Shown: positions 61,681 to 64,000 of the stretch, piece after piece
Layout of the letters: each line of letters begins with the position of its first letter
Position numbering within the stretch: the first letter of the stretch is position 1
Assembly (NCBI RefSeq): GCF_009914755.1
Contig: NC_060932.1
From: the human T2T-CHM13v2.0 reference genome, Homo sapiens
Length of the DNA stretch: 64,000 nucleotides
Strand: one strand, 5' to 3'
Notes under the pieces: generated by a model
Told to the model about the DNA's origin: nothing
Database searches by the model: none
The model's input: the letters and a program-made list of their open reading frames with translations, nothing else
Position numbers and translations under genes: made by a program

Positions 61681-64000
61681 TCTGATAAGTGGGTCAAGGG
61701 CATAGCCTAAGAAAACAGCCTTATACATGATGCCAAAGGTTAGGGTGAAGCTGGTATGAACCAAGAAAGATATCTGCGGATGATTTTATCTGTATTGGGG
61801 CCTTTTCAATTCCTATATGTCACACAGCTTTAGTATTGAAAAGTTCAAGCTAAGAAGTTCCCTTTCAAAAACAAAAGCAAAACAAGCAAGGAAAATAAAT
61901 CCACCAAAACAATCATGGAAGGTTATGTGTTCAGCAAAGATCCTTCTTTGAATCTATCAGATATCTACTGAGCACTGAATACACACCAAACAACCCTGAG
62001 GATGCAAAGATAAATAATGCCATCTCTCTCTCTGCTCATGTTACCTAAAGCTTGTACCATTTTATGCCATTATTTAATTTTCTTGAGTTTCAATGATAAT
62101 CCAAATAACATTTTATATTGGGGAAAATGTACAGTTTCTGAGAAAAATATTCCAAATCAATTGAGTGACTTGTGGAAATAAATCAAACATAACATTCTAG
62201 AATTTTAAAGTTATGCAGCCTCATATATAATTTCAGCTCATTTGTTTGGTTTATAAATGAAAAACTGGATCACAGATCTTAAGTGACATGCCTAAAGCCA
62301 TGTGTAAGATTGAGAAATTTAGTTTTTTCTGTTTTAGAGGTTTTCCTAGGCAGAAAATTAAGAATTTAAACAAGAAAGAAATTGGAGGAGATGTCTTCCA
62401 GGCAAAGAAATATATAATCGTTTTTAAGAGACTGATGACATTTGTAATGAATCATGATTTCCACTTGATAATTGCTCTACCAAACAAAAGCCACCAGTTG
62501 AATTATGTTGAACTCTTTATCATCTGACAAGAGCTGTGGAATATGAATGAGCTTTATGTCTACTAATCTGCTTCTGAGGTGTTACTTGGATGCAGTTGTA
62601 CCTTAATTATTTCAACCTGCATATCTAATGTTCTGTTGACTCATGTTCACCTTTAAATTTAAAAGCTCAGATTTGTCCTTGATAAGTAAAATTTCCACAC
62701 TACTTGGACAAGGGTTCAGGAGACAGAGCTGTATTCCACTGCATCACGGACAAGACCACTTGAAACACCAGGGCATATTGATTTGAATCTGATTACAATC
62801 CCTTCAGAATGCCAGCACACCTGCTGTGCTAATACTAAATTTGCAAGTATCTTATGAACATAGACTCTTGCCTTTCTCTTCACTGAGGCTGAAGAATGTT
62901 CCTCTAAGCCAGCATTTTCCAGACAGTGGTTGGAAGTGGGTGGCGAGGATGCCTTTGTGTTTTTATCCTGAGTAGATGATATTGATGAATCCCATTGTCT
63001 GTTGACTTCACCGACTCATAGGAGTTTTTAGGTGAAGAGTGGGGACTGATGGCTGAGGTCAAGTGAGGCCACTGCACGCAACGACCAGAATAAGCAATAT
63101 CTGGCTATTCTTATTAGACTGTGAATTGTGAAACTTAGCTAGGGGAGCCTCAGTCATGAAGCACTATTCTGCCCTTTGTGGACCACATGTCTGCAGAGTG
63201 TAGGAAGTTTATGTTCCAGATGCCCTGGGAGCATGGCCTGTAGCCTAGGTTGTGGGAGTGGTGGAAAATCTGGAAGGCAGCTTCTTCAAGGACTAGAAGC
63301 CACAACTTCAGGGGCCAGCCCAGAGGCTCAGTCTTCACAATACTGGATCCTTCTGTTCTATCTGTGGTTGCTATGCTCTTCTAGTGATAGTTCTTTTATC
63401 TTCTTTCTGTCCAAACTAGCTGTAGAGGATAATCACTTTAGCAACTCACATGTTTTCAGATGAGAATTTCTTCATTGTTTTGAAATATTTTTTATAAAAA
63501 TGGTTGATTGCATTTGAAATCTATTTACATTATGGCAAGAAATGTACTTATTACTTTCATCAACTAAAGGAGAAAAAGATCTTCTGGATTCTGTAAATTT
63601 AATTTCAGCTATTGCAAATATTGAAGGGTTTTAAAAATAGATTTACATTTTATTATCACCTACCTGAACAAAGGCAGTTTTCAGTTGTGGTAACCATTAA
63701 AAACTTTGAAAAGGGCTTCATCTAAAAATATCAATTAGAAATTGTATGTGGCCAATTCAAGCATAAAATCCAGTATAAAATAGAAGTTATCATAGAAGTA
63801 AGTTCAAGTTACCTATTACAATTTTGATGGCATTTTATTTGGATGTTTTATAGAAGTTTAATATTTAATATCTTCTGCATTACTTTGTATTTTGTCTGTT
63901 CTTATCATCATTATGTTTTATAAAGATTTCTTGAATTACTGGTATAATATGGAATAATAGTATGATATTTTATATTGCCATAAAAATCTTTTAGTATACT

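Overview
Mammalian, almost certainly human, genomic DNA (Alu, L1PA, THE1, MIR and L2 repeats; CpG-depleted background). The window holds the 5' end of ADCY8 (Ca2+/calmodulin-stimulated adenylyl cyclase 8) on the minus strand. Its first coding exon runs 44693 to 43734 (320 codons, phase-0 donor) inside a CpG island of about 3.4 kb (43.7-47.1 kb) that carries GC boxes, an EGR site and an overlapping CCAAT/CRE element. Positions 1-43733 are intron 1 (I did not recognise exon 2 in the window), and about 47.1-64 kb is upstream flank. Both are dominated by old transposable elements and microsatellites. All other ORFs in the track look like repeat-derived or GC-rich shadow ORFs. I found no convincing new protein-coding system. 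The most interesting unexplained signals are a 168-bp foldback inverted repeat at 35.4 kb, a uORF cluster with an AUGA stop/start overlap, a possible intronic-polyadenylation isoform, cryptic splice signals in the 5' region, CTCF-like sites with local CpG retention, an inverted Alu pair and several short perfect hairpins. Repeat subfamily calls and their boundaries come from recalled consensus sequences and are approximate.
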